From Malacoraja senta (lineage: Eukaryota), in assembly GCA_038087875.1 (NCBI GenBank), contig CM075977.1, positions 17,670,001-17,734,000 on the forward strand: a stretch of 64,000 nt of DNA. Direction: 5' to 3'. The translations under genes were made by a program, and so were the position numbers. The notes under the pieces were generated by a model. The model worked only from the letters and a program-made list of their open reading frames with translations, made no database searches and was not told where the DNA came from. Shown one piece after another: positions 11,721-23,291 of the stretch. Each line of letters starts with the position of its first letter. Position 1 is the first letter of the stretch.

Positions 11721-12944
11721 ACATGTTAAAATAATAAACCAACACCTATATACTGAGCTGAATGTGCTAAGAAAATGCTGGCTTTTTCTAAGGAAGTGCC
11801 TTAGTTTTGACACTAGTGTTACTGGAAGTACACTGTGTAAATTAGCAGCTGCCTTCAATAGTTGTTTTCCCCAAGTGTATGATAATTATAATAAATCAAC
11901 CTTTTCATTTCCTGTCACACATAAAGAATTCACAAAGCATTTAATCTGAAATTACCCGCACCTTGTTGATTAAATCTACGAACAAGATCAAATGAGGAAA
12001 ACTTCACTGTAAATGATTATAATCCTTGTATTGCAAAATTGGTTTTTATTTTAGATAGCTTTTTTTTCTTTTCTTTTAAATATAATTGTGTATGGTCATA
12101 GACATTGGACTACTTAAAGCAAAAAAAAAAGTGAAGGTATAGGATCTAACTTCTGAGACAGGCATTTAAAATGTTTAATAGAAGAATCAAATGGGATCTC
12201 AAATGGAACAATCACCAACAATGTTTTTCCTTAGGTTGTTTAACCAACCTAAATGAACAGAGAGAAATTGCAAAAATTCCATATCCCGATGCTGAATTGG
12301 GGTTTGATTCAGCATGTCTGGCAGGACAAGCTGAACTGAACAGATTAATAAGATGATTCGGGATCCCACTTTTTTGTATCATCTTATTATTCTGGTCATC
12401 ATCATTGCGAGAAGATTGTACTAATTCTAAACTGTGGTGTCCAACTCTATTCTCTCATTGCTTCCAATGCATCTGCCGGTGTCATCGGCAAACTTGGATA
12501 TATAGCTCTCCACCCAACCATCGAAGATGATAATAAGTACAGTAAATAATTTTGGCTCAAAACTAATCATGCCAGTGTAATATCCTGCAATTAGAGAATT
12601 GGTCCATTATCTGTACTCTGTTTCCTGCCACTCAGCCAATTTCCTAATCGGGTCAATAATTTGCCATCAATTCAAATATAAGTAACTGTCTTTTATGAGA
12701 AACTATCGAATGGATTTTGAAAATCCATATAATAAACATTCACAAATATTATCCGGTCCAAAACTTCAATTAGCTCTTCAATATGTTCAATCGGAACAAA
12801 GAGATATTTCATATTCCAGTCATATGGGGACATGCACAGACTGTGAATGGAAGATTCTGAATGGGAAAACACCCAACAAATTAAGAACCACTCAGGTTCT
12901 GGTCATTCTCTGTTCTCCACTCTCTCGTTGGGTAGAATGATACC

Positions 12945-13625
12945 TGACAGTGAATGGTAGGGCCCTGGGGAGTTTTGTAGAAACGAGAGAACAGATGCGT
13001 TGTTCCCCGAATGCGGCGTCACAAATACATAGGGTGGTAAAGAGGACATTTGGAACATTGGCCTTCATCAGTCAGTGTATTAAGCATAGAAGTTGGGATG
13101 TTCTGATAGAGTTGTACAAGACATTGGAGAAGCTGTATTCTATTGCATATTGTGTTCAATTTTGGTCACCTTGCTTTAGGAAAGAGATCATCAAGCAGCA
13201 AAGTGTGCAGATAAGATTTACAAGGATGCTGTCAGCTCTTGAGGCCCAGAACAATAGGGAGAGATTGGGTAGGCTAGAACATTATTCCCTGGAGCGCAGG
13301 AGGCTGAGGGGTGATCTTATTGTGGTGTTTAAAATCATGAGTAGAATGGTTAGGGTGAATGTATAGGGTCTTTTACCCAATGTAGGAGAATCAGAAACCA
13401 GAGCACATAGGTTTAAGGTGAGAAGGAAAAGGAAGCAGAAGGGCCTAAGGAGCACCTGAAAGCAGCATAAGAGGCAATTTTTTCACACTGAGGGTGGAAT
13501 TAGCTGCCAGTCGATGCATATCATAACAATATTTAAAAGACACCGGGCAGGTACATGGATAGGAATGACTAAGAAGGATGTGGACCAAATGCAGGCAAAT
13601 TAGATCAGTGTATATCTGGTATCTT
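12945..13625 (+). mobile_element. Older CR1 3' fragment
   Basis: ORF 12950-13366 with YCVQFWSP and SLERRRLRGDLI. Confidence 0.85.
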
Positions 13626-13629
13626 GGTC

Positions 13630-13864
13630 GGTGAATCTGTGGAATTCTCTGCCACAGAAGGTAGTTGAGGCCAGATCATTGGCTATATTTAAGAGGGAGT
13701 TAGATGTGGCCCTTGTGGCTAAAGGGATCAGGGGGTATGGAGAGAAGGCAAGGATGGGATACTGAGTTGGATGATCAGCCATGATCATATCGAATGGCGG
13801 TGCAGGCTCGAAGGGCCGAATGGCCTACTCCTGCACCTATTTTCTATGTTTCTATGTTTCTATG
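13630..13864 (+). mobile_element. Young CR1 3' end, (TTTCTATG)n tail
   Basis: Near-identical to 3570-3800; three tttctatg repeats. Confidence 0.92.
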
Positions 13865-14880
13865 TTATTGTACTGGCACCATATGGACAGTTGCTCGATC
13901 TCTCTTCTATACTCTGACTCATCCCCATCAGTGATACGTCCCACAACAGTGGTGTCGTCAGCGAACTTGATGATGGAGTTCGCACTATGACCAGCTACGC
14001 AGTCATGAGTATAGAGTGCGTACAGCAGAGGGCTGAGCACGCAGCCTTGAGGTGCTCCCGTGCTGATTGTTATCGAGTCTGACACATTTCCATCAATACG
14101 AACAGACTGTGGTCTGAGAGTGAGGAAGTCGAGGATCCAATTGCAGAGGGATGTGCAGAGACCCAGTTCTGCGAGTTTGGTAACCAGCTTGGAGGGGATG
14201 ATTGTATTAAATGCCGAGCTGTAATCGATGAATAACAGTCTGACATATGAGTTTTTGTTGTCCAAGTGGTCCAGAGCGGAGTGGAGGGCCAGCGAGATCG
14301 CATCCACCGTTGATCTGTTGTGGCGGTAAGGGAACTGCAGTGGGTCCAGGTTTTTGTCGAGGTAGGAGTTGATCAGCGCCATGATCAACCTCTCAAAGCA
14401 CTTCATCACCACAGGCGTTAGTGCCACAGGTCGATAATCATTGAGGCACGTCACCTTACTCTTCTTGGGCACTGGTATAATTGATGCCCTTTTGAAGCAG
14501 GTGGGAACCTCAGACCTCAGAAGTGAGAGGTTGAAAATGCCCGTAAAAACTCCATCCAGTTGGTCCGCACAGGTTTTAAGAACACGACCAGGTATTCCAT
14601 CAGGTCCAGGTACTTTTCGAGGGTTCACCCCTCTGAAGGATTTCCTGACGTCGGCCTCTGTGACTGTGACTGAAATATCATCACAGCGAATGGGGGCTCG
14701 GGAAGGCACATCGGTGTTCTCCCTATCAAAGCGTGCGTAAAACGCATTGAGCTCATCAGGGACATTCGAGCTGCCTCCTGATTTCGCCTTGTAAGAGGTG
14801 ATTGCATTCAGGCCCTGCCACAGCTGCCGAACATCTGTCTCTTCCTCCAGTTTGGAGCAGGTCCCTTTTGGCCTTTTTGA
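13865..14880 (-). mobile_element. Rex1/Babar LINE reverse-transcriptase fragment, well preserved
   Basis: 285-aa ORF with [62 protein letters not shown]. Confidence 0.93.
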
Positions 14881-14896
14881 TCGTATCTGGACTTCA

Positions 14897-15645
14897 TTGT
14901 GATCATGGCTGATCGTCCTCTATCAATAACCCGTGCCTGCCTTCTCCCCATGTCCCTTGACTCCACTAGCCCCTAGAGCTCTATCTAACTCTCTCTTAAA
15001 TCCATCCAGTGATTTGACCTCCACTGCCCTCTGTGGCAGGGAATTCCATAAATTCACAACTCTCTGGGTGAAAAAGTTTTTTCTCACCTCAGTCTTAAAT
15101 GACCTCCCCTTTATTCTAAGACTGTGGCCCCTGGTTCTGGACTCGCCCAACATTGGGAACATTTTTCCTGCATCTAGCTTGTCCAGTCCTTTTATAATTT
15201 TATATGTTTCTATAAGATCCTCCCCATCCTTCTAAACTCCAGTAGATACAAGCCTAGTCTTTTCAATCTTTCCTCATATGACAGTCCCGCCATCCCAGGG
15301 ATCAATCTCGTGAACCTACGCTGCACTGCCTCAGTCACAAGGATGTCCTTCCTCAAATTAGGAGACCAAAACTGTACAAAATACTCCAGATGTGGTCTCA
15401 CCAGAGCCCTATACAACTGCAGAAGAACCTCTTTACTCCTATACTGAAATCCTCTTGTTATGAAGGCCAACATTCCATTAGCTTTCTTCACTGCCTGCTG
15501 TACCTGCACGCCAACTTTCAGTGACCGGTGTACAAGGACACCCAGGTCTCGCTGTACCTCCCACTTACCTAACCTAACCCCATTGAGATAATAATCTGCC
15601 CCCTTGTTTTTGCCGCCAAAGTGGATAACCTCACATTTATCTATG
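14897..15645 (-). mobile_element. CR1 LINE 3' fragment
   Basis: ORFs 15210-15803 (DKCEVIHFG, RPHLEY) and 14923-15162. Confidence 0.94.
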
Positions 15646-16496
15646 TTCCGCATTCTGTTTCCTTTTCTCTCTTGTACTATCTCAATGTATTTATGATTTG
15701 CCTGGACAACATGCAGACAAAGCTTTGCACCGTATCTCAGTATCTGTGAGAATATTAAAAAAACAATGCCAATAAACTGGAAAGTAGTTAGGTAATTTGG
15801 CAACTACTAATTTTTCAACTCGACCCTACAGTGCGGTAATTATGTGGTATGTTCTTCTAAATTAATAGTCTGAGGATCAATAGTTAAATGTTTTTCATAC
15901 AATAAGTCCATTAAGTTCATTCAATTACCCAGATTTTGATAAATGGAAGTCAGAGCCTGCAATTAACATGAGCCTAAAGCTTAATTTTTCCAAACTACTT
16001 TAGTCAATCTTCAAGACTGTTCTGGAGTTGAGCGGCAAGGTTTTGGACAGTGCCACGGGCTCAATTGATGTAACTGAGACTGGGCAAAGCTCTGCAGCAG
16101 TCCCATCTGTTAAAACGGTCAGATTTTTCAATACTAACATTCGGAAACATTTAAAAATATAAAAAATGGAATAAACAGTTTCATATGTAATTATAGTTTA
16201 AATAAAGGATATGATCACTAAACCACAAAACATATTTAAAATTGGAAACGCAAATAATGGTACATTCAAACAGTCTTCGAAACATTACAATTGCCATTCC
16301 CATCAGTGGGCTAGTGGACCCTGTGTCAGCTCTAACCTGTCACAGCATCTGAGAGCAGATACTGGGAAATCTTAGACTGCAAAACAACAGGTGGCAGAAT
16401 CCATAAAATCTGCGCCTATGTAAAATAACAAGACATTGCAGATGCTGAAATGTGAAGCAAAAAAAATCAACTATTGGAGGAACCCTTGGGGTCAAC

Positions 16497-18616
16497 AATA
16501 GACAATAGGTGCAGAAGTAGGCCATTTGGCCCTTCGAGCCAGCATCGCCATTCAATGTGATCATGGCTGATCATCCCAAATCAGTACCCTGTTCCTGCCT
16601 CATCCCCATATCCCCTGACTCCGCTATTTTTAAGAACCCTATCTAGCTCTCTCTTGAAAGCATCCAGAGAACCTGCCTTCACCGCCCTCTGAGGCAGGGA
16701 ATTCCACAGACTCACCACTCTCTGTGAGAAAAAGTGTTTCCTCATCTCTGTTCTAAATGGCTTACTCCTTATTCTTAAACTGTGGCCCCTGGTTCTGGAC
16801 TCCCCCAACATCGGGAACATGTTTCCTGCCTCTAGTGTGTCCAAGCCCTTAATAATCTTATATGTTTCAATGAGATCCCATCTCATCCTTCTAAACTCCA
16901 GAGTGTACAAGCCCAGCTGCTCCATTCTCTCAGCATATGACAGTCCCGCCATCCCGGGAATTAACATTGTAAACCTATGCTGCACTCCCTCAATAGCAAG
17001 AATGTCCTTCCTCAAATTAGGGGACCAAAACTGCACACACTACTCCAGGTGTGGTCTCACTAGGGCTCTGTACAACTGCAGAAGGACCTCTTTGCTCCTA
17101 TATTCGATTCCTCTTGTTATAAAGGCCAACATGCCATTCGCTTTCTTCACTGCCTGCTGTACCTGCATGCTTACTTTCATAGACTGATGTACAAGGACCC
17201 CCAGATCCCGTTGCACATCCCCTTTTCCCAACTTGGCGCCATTTAGATAGTAATCTGCCTTCCTCTTTTTGCTACCAAAGTGGATAACCTCACATTTATC
17301 CGCATTAAACTTCATCTGCCATGCATCTGCCCACTCTCCCAACCTGTCCTAGTCAGCCTGCATTCTCATAGCATCCTCCTTACAGTTCACACTGCCACCC
17401 AGCATTGTGTCATCTGCAAATTTGCTAATGTTACTTTGAATCCCTGCACCCAAATCATTGATGTATATTGTAAATAGCTGCGGTCCCAGCACTGAGCCTT
17501 GCTGTGCCCTACTAGTCACTGCCTGCCATTCTGAAAGGGACCCGTTAATCCCTACACTTTGTTTCCTGTCTGCCAACCACTTCTCTATCCATGTCAGCAC
17601 TCTATCCCCAATACCATGTGCCTTAATGTTGCCCACTAATCTCCTATGTGGGACCTTATCAAATGCTTTCTGAAAGTCCAGGTACACTACATCCACTGGC
17701 TCTCCATTTTCCTAGTTACATCTTCAAAAAATTCCAGAAGATTAGTCAAGCATGATTTCCCCTTCGTAAATCCATGGACCGATCCTGTTACTGCTATCCA
17801 AATGTGCGGCTATCTCATCTTTTATAATTGACTCCAGCATCTTCCCCACCACTGATTGCAGGCAAACTGGTCTATAATTCCCCGTTTTCTCTCTCCTGCC
17901 TTTCTTAAAAAGTGGGATAACATTAGCTACCCTCCAATCCACAGGAACTGATCCTGACTCTATAGAAGATTGGAAAATTATCACCAATGCATCCACGATT
18001 TCTAGAGCCACTTCCTTAAGTACCATGGGATGCAGACCATTAGGCCCTGGGGATTTATCAGCCTTCAGTCCCATCAGTCTATCCAACACCATTTCCTGCC
18101 TAATGTGGATTTCATTCAGTTTCTCTGTCACCCCAGATCCACTGGCCACTACTATATCAGGAAGATTGTTTGTGTCCTCCTTAGTGAAGACAGATCCAAA
18201 GTACCTGTTCAACTCATGTGCCATTTCCTTGTTCCCCATAATAAATTCACCTTTTTCGCTCTTCAAGGGTCCAACTTTGGTCTTAACTAATTTTTTCCTC
18301 TTCACATACCTAAAGAAGCTTTTACTGTCCTGCTTTATATTCTTGGCTAGCTTACCTTCGTACCTCATCTTTTCTCCCCATATTGTCATTTTGGTTATCT
18401 TCTGTTGTTCTTTAAACATTACCCAATCCTCTTGCTTCCCGCTCATCTTTGCTACGTTGTACTTGTTCACTTTAATTTTTATACTGTCCCTGACATCCCT
18501 TGTCAGCCATGATCGTCCCTTTCTCCCCTTGGAATCTTTCTTCTTCCTAGGAATGAACTGATCCTGCACCTTCTGTATTATTCCTAGAAACACCTGCCAT
18601 TTTTGTTCCACTGCCA
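16497..18616 (-). mobile_element. CR1 LINE, 2.1 kb, 5'-truncated, with 10-bp TSD
   Basis: ORF2 fragments 17742-18617, 17349-17696, 17040-17342, 16581-17036; TGGGGTCAAC at 16487-16496 and 18617-18626. Confidence 0.96.
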
Positions 18617-19529
18617 TGGGGTCAACGGAGGCAAATGGATAGTTGACGGTTCATGTCAACGCACAGCAACAGGACCGAGAGTGTAGAGGAAATGTAGCCA
18701 GTGTATTGCAATTATAATGTGTTATAATCATAATTTTGGCAGCATTCCTTGTGAATCTGATCAAGCCAATCTATTCCAAGGGTAAACATTGAATATTTGA
18801 ATATCAAACATCTTTGCACAACTGTAATTCTCAGTAGCAGAATATGAATATCTGGTTCACTTTTCAATATAATAACAAAATAATAAAGCTATTTCTAGCT
18901 GTGGAAACTTAAAGGTCAAATAACAACATCATTCCAAACAGATTAAACAGCTACATCATTACCCTAGCACTACATGTCACCATTCAGCTGGAGAAAATGT
19001 GAGCAAACTTCAGGCATGACAGAGAATTGCTTTTTGTGGAACTATTAAAAGTGAAAAGTCAACCTGTCTTGAAGGTTTACGCACAAAATACAAACTTAGA
19101 AATAATAATTAGCATTCTTGTCATAATTTTAGAGGCATTAGTGCCGTGAAATAATCTTAAGGTCCTCCCTAAACATATGAGGGATTGCTGATAAATTTTG
19201 CAAAGTCAGTTTACAGTATTTCATGTTGCAGTTTGACATTCACATCGTAGAGTCTCAAAGCATTGCATTCAAAATCAAAAGGCCAACAACATCTATGTTT
19301 TGTGTGATTTTTTTACACGGACCATAGTATTCCTAGATGTGGCCAGCAGGAGTTAGCAGCAAATTTGTTCTGATAACTCTCAATTAAACACAGCTAATAA
19401 ATTTGCCACTTGCAAATATTTGCATTTTAAAATTCCATCCTGTGAAGCTTACTGTTATTATAGTGCCTATTAATACACAGTACACATGTCTAGCTAATGA
19501 ATAAGGCTTCCTCCTGAGATCCATACCAT

Positions 19530-20075
19530 TACAGAAGTTGGTCATGAGCCAATTCTATACAGCCATCGTGGAGTCTGTCCTCACCTTCTCCATCATGGTC
19601 TGGTTTGGCTCAGCCACCAAGCACGATATTCGGAGGCTGCAGCGAATTGTCTGATCAGCTGAGAAGATTATTGGCTGCAACCTTCCCTCCATTGACGAAC
19701 TGTTCACTGCAAGGGCCAGGAAGCGAGCGGGTAAGATAATCTCTGACCCCTCTCACCCTGACCACAAACTCTTTGAATCACTTCCCTCTGGAAGGCGATT
19801 GCGGACTGTCAAAGCTGCCACACTCAGACATAAAACGAGTGGTAGCTCTGCTCAATAATCAAAAATCTGTAGCCTCTTTTTGCTCTGGTATTTTATTTAA
19901 TTCACATGTTTAATAAATAATGTTTTATTATTAATGTTTTATGTGTCATTCCTAACTGTCACTGTATGTCATGTTGTCACTTGCGGGCGGAGCACCAAGG
20001 CAAATTCCTTGTATGTGAATACTTGGCCAATAAACTTATTCATTCATTTATTCATTCATTCATTCATTCATTCAA
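19530..20075 (+). mobile_element. Rex1/Babar 3' end with (ATTC)n tail
   Basis: Translates FYTAIVESVLTFSIMVWFGSATKHDIRRLQRIV; AATAAA then an (attc)n microsatellite. Confidence 0.87.
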
Positions 20076-20109
20076 TTCACTTCAAATGATATTATGAACA
20101 AGCTAACAG

Positions 20110-21690
20110 CACAGGATTCAGCAAAAGATATGGATCCAGACAACAACACTTCATATGTAATTGTAGTGGCCATTTGGCCTGTTTTGCATGTCACTGATGA
20201 TGGCATGTGCCTTTAAATTTTAGACTGCCCGTTGTATGGTGGGTGGGATTTGTGACGTGTTTTTGGGCGTGTTTTGGAGCTGGGATGCTTGCGCAGTTTA
20301 GTTTTTAGATTAGTTTGGAGGGACGATGAAGAAGGTTAACCCTTCGACCATGCCAATGTTACAGAGACACGAGGAGTTTTGTAATGTTTAAAGTTGCAAG
20401 TTGGAATCAAGGAAGATTGCAGTAACGAGACGGAAGAAACTTGGATGTATCTTACTGTTTACCATCAGCAATAAAGTATTTATTCATCAAAACACTGTGT
20501 GTTGAAGCTATATGAGTGAAGAAGCTCTGAAGGTCTCTGAGGAAGCTTGCATGCATATCAAAGATATTCCCCTTATCCATTCTCATCCAAATAGCGGCTA
20601 GGGAGTTAATTTCCTGATAGATATAAAAAATCTGCCACTACAGTAATATTGAAGCCCTGCACTACAGAACTAGCTGTATCTCTAGCCAAACTGTGTTTTT
20701 TTTAACCATTACACACTGATATCCATCTGACAATGAGTAAAATTGTCCCAAACAGGACAATTTAAAGTCAGCTAATTACCATCCAATCATTCTAACCTTA
20801 GTCCTCAACAAAACAATGGAAGTGGTTGTGGGGAACAGTGGTAGCAAAGAGCACTTAATTTCCAGTAACCTGATCTGGGTTTCATCGTGACCACTTTGCA
20901 CCATAATTCATCACACCCTTTTGATCCAATCATAAATCAAAGAGCTGAATTCTAAACATGTGTTGAGGGTAATATCAAGGCAGAATTTCACCAAGTGATA
21001 TCAAGGAGCCCTGATTAATCTGAGGTCAACGATCTTCAAGAAAATACACCAAAACCTGAAATCTTACCCCATATAAAAGAAGAAGGCCATGTCACATATC
21101 CTAGCCCCAGAAGTTACTAAAGGCATTGTTCCAAGCTCAACTATCTACAGCTGTTTCAGCCATAACGCTCATTCCATCATTAGGACAGAATGAAGAAGTG
21201 AGAAAGTTTGCCAATGATGGCTTAATGTTTAATTCCAGTCACAACAACTCAGCAAATGAGGCAGCACATGCTTGCTTACAGTGAGATCTAGACATCATTC
21301 AGGCATGGGCTGATAAGAGACAACTAATATTCTCACCACATGTGCCAAGCAATGATTATCTCCAATAAAAGAAAATGTAAATAACTACCCTTAATATCCA
21401 AACGCATAATCATGACTGAGTCTCCTACCTTCAATACCATAGTGGGGGGTGCGGGTGCCCCCATTGGCCAGATGCTCTATTGCAACAGCTGTACTGAGAA
21501 TATAGCTACAAGAACAGAACAGATCAGAGGATGGGTATCCAGTGGTATACACTTTCTGTACACACTTTCTGATGTCCAGTAGCCTTTTCATCATCTTCAT
21601 GATAAATATTGGAAGGACCATGGATCAGTTCTCCATTTGCTTGAAACAATAGAGCACCAACAACAGCATGTGAGCTTTATATGATCTAGG
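20110..21690 (+). mobile_element. Old L2/Crack/CR1-group LINE RT fragment, host of the solo LTR
   Basis: Decayed motifs resembling GPDN..VLK.C..ELA..LAKL, ANYHPI and DLDIIQAWADK. Confidence 0.65.
20162..20642 (+). mobile_element. Solo LTR (481 bp) with 5-bp TSD
   Basis: Termini TGTAGTGGC...GCCACTACA; GTAAT at 20157-20161 and 20643-20647; AATAAA at 20470-20475. Confidence 0.9.
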
Positions 21691-21691
21691 A

Positions 21692-21790
21692 CAGGGGTCT
21701 CCAAACTATGGCCCGCGAGCCACATCCGCCCGCCATGAGATTTTATCCGGCCCGCAGCAAGCTCTTAACACGTTCGGTGCGGCGGCTATT
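21692..21790. mobile_element. hAT-Charlie-like left end; no matching right end found
   Basis: CAGGGGTCTCCAAACTATGGCCCGCG with repeated ggcccgc subterminal motifs. Confidence 0.7.
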
Positions 21791-21903
21791 TAGCAGGTTC
21801 TGTGGTAACGTGGGAACTTACACGTCAGTTTGCTGTATCATATCGTTGAAGACCCATCACTACTGAGGTTCCCTGTAGGAGGGGAGGAGCACTAGGACCC
21901 AGT

Positions 21904-21969
21904 CTGCATCATGGATGTTGTGGGCCTGCATCATGGACGTTGTGGGCCTGCATCATGGACGTTGTGGGC
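21904..21969. repeat. 22-bp tandem repeat, three copies
   Basis: ctgcatcatggaYgttgtgggc x3. Confidence 0.9.
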
Positions 21970-22149
21970 CTGGTGCTGAGCCTGGAACTCTGGTGAGGTG
22001 ACGGTTCTGGACCGCTGGTGGCCGGTGGAGAGGTGAGAGTCGCTGGTGGAGGCCCGTGGGGGGCTGGAGTAGAGATACGGGTCGGCGGTAGCAGCATCGA
22101 TGGCCCCGGGAAGATAGTGAAGGTCAGCGACAGCAGGCTGTGAATGAGT

Positions 22150-22775
22150 TGGTGAGTGGGTAGGTGGGTTGGGGGCTGGCGGGGAGGTGTGTTGGGGAGG
22201 GGGGGTGTGGGGGAGGGGGTGTGGGGAGGGGGTGTCTGGGGGGAGGGGATGTGTGGGGGGGTTGTAGGGGAGGGGGAGGGAGGAGGGGTGTGGGTGGTAG
22301 GGGGGAGTGTGGGAGGAGGGTGTGGGGGAGGAGGGTGTGGGGGAGGAGGGTGTGGGGAAGGAGGTGTGGGGGAGGGGGTGAGGAGTTTTTTTGGGTTGTA
22401 TGTGGGAGGGGGGAGAGGTGTGGGTGGTAGGGGATAGTGTGGGTGTGGGGGAGGGGGTGTGTGGGAGGGTGTGTGGGTGTGGGGGAGTGGGTGTGTGGGT
22501 GTGGGGGAGGGGGTGTGTGGGAGGGTGTGTGGTTGGGGAGGGGGAGTGTGGGGGAGGGGGGTTGTGGGGGAGGGGTGATGTGGGGAGGGTCGGTGTGTGG
22601 GTGAGGGGATGGGGAGGGGGTTGGGGAGGGGTGTGTGTGGGGGAGGGGTGTGTGTGGGGGAGGGGTGTGGGGAGGGGGACGGTGAGGGAGGGGGGCGGTG
22701 GGGAAGGGGGAGGTGTAGGGGAGGGGGGTGTAGGGGAGTGGGAGGTGTAGGGGGGATGTTTATAGGGGGGGTGTG
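22150..22775 (+). repeat. G-rich low-complexity tract (G-quadruplex-prone)
   Basis: Dozens of G3-G7 runs separated by short T/A linkers (gtgtgggggagggg-like units). Confidence 0.9.
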
Positions 22776-22989
22776 TGCTCACCGGTTCCCGGCCCCGGCT
22801 CCGACAGCACTCCAGGACCCGGCTCTGGACTCACTCAGCTGCTCCCGTCCCCAGCTCCTGTCGGGCTCACAGCCCCCGCTTGCGAACACAGCGCGCCCCC
22901 GCCCGTGGAACACAGCCCACACTCCCGCTGCTTCAGCTTTATTCTCGGCAGCTTCTGGACGGGCGCCTTCTGGACAGGCTCATGGACTC

Positions 22990-23276
22990 AACCCCGCCTC
23001 CGGCATTTATTATTCTTCAGCGGGTGCCAGAAGGGGCGTTGCCTTCATGGTGATTGACAGGCGAGAAGACCAATCTGCTGATCTCACGATTTTTTAAACC
23101 TTCATAACTTTTGTAATCTACCACCGATCATGACAAAACTTGGTGCCTTGGAGCAGAGGGGAATGGTGAGTAAGGTGGTGAAAAAATCCTCGGGATATAG
23201 GACACCATTTTTGCGCAAATTAAAATAAAATGCAGACTGGAAATGATCAAGATGAGAGTTTTAGTAATAGTATAGA
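22990..23276 (-). mobile_element. Helitron-like unit 1 (5' part; 3' boundary uncertain)
   Basis: Minus strand begins A|TCTATACTATTACTAAAACTCTCATCTTG, related to the 5' ends of units 2 and 3. Confidence 0.6.
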
Positions 23277-23291
23277 TAGAAGATAGATAGA

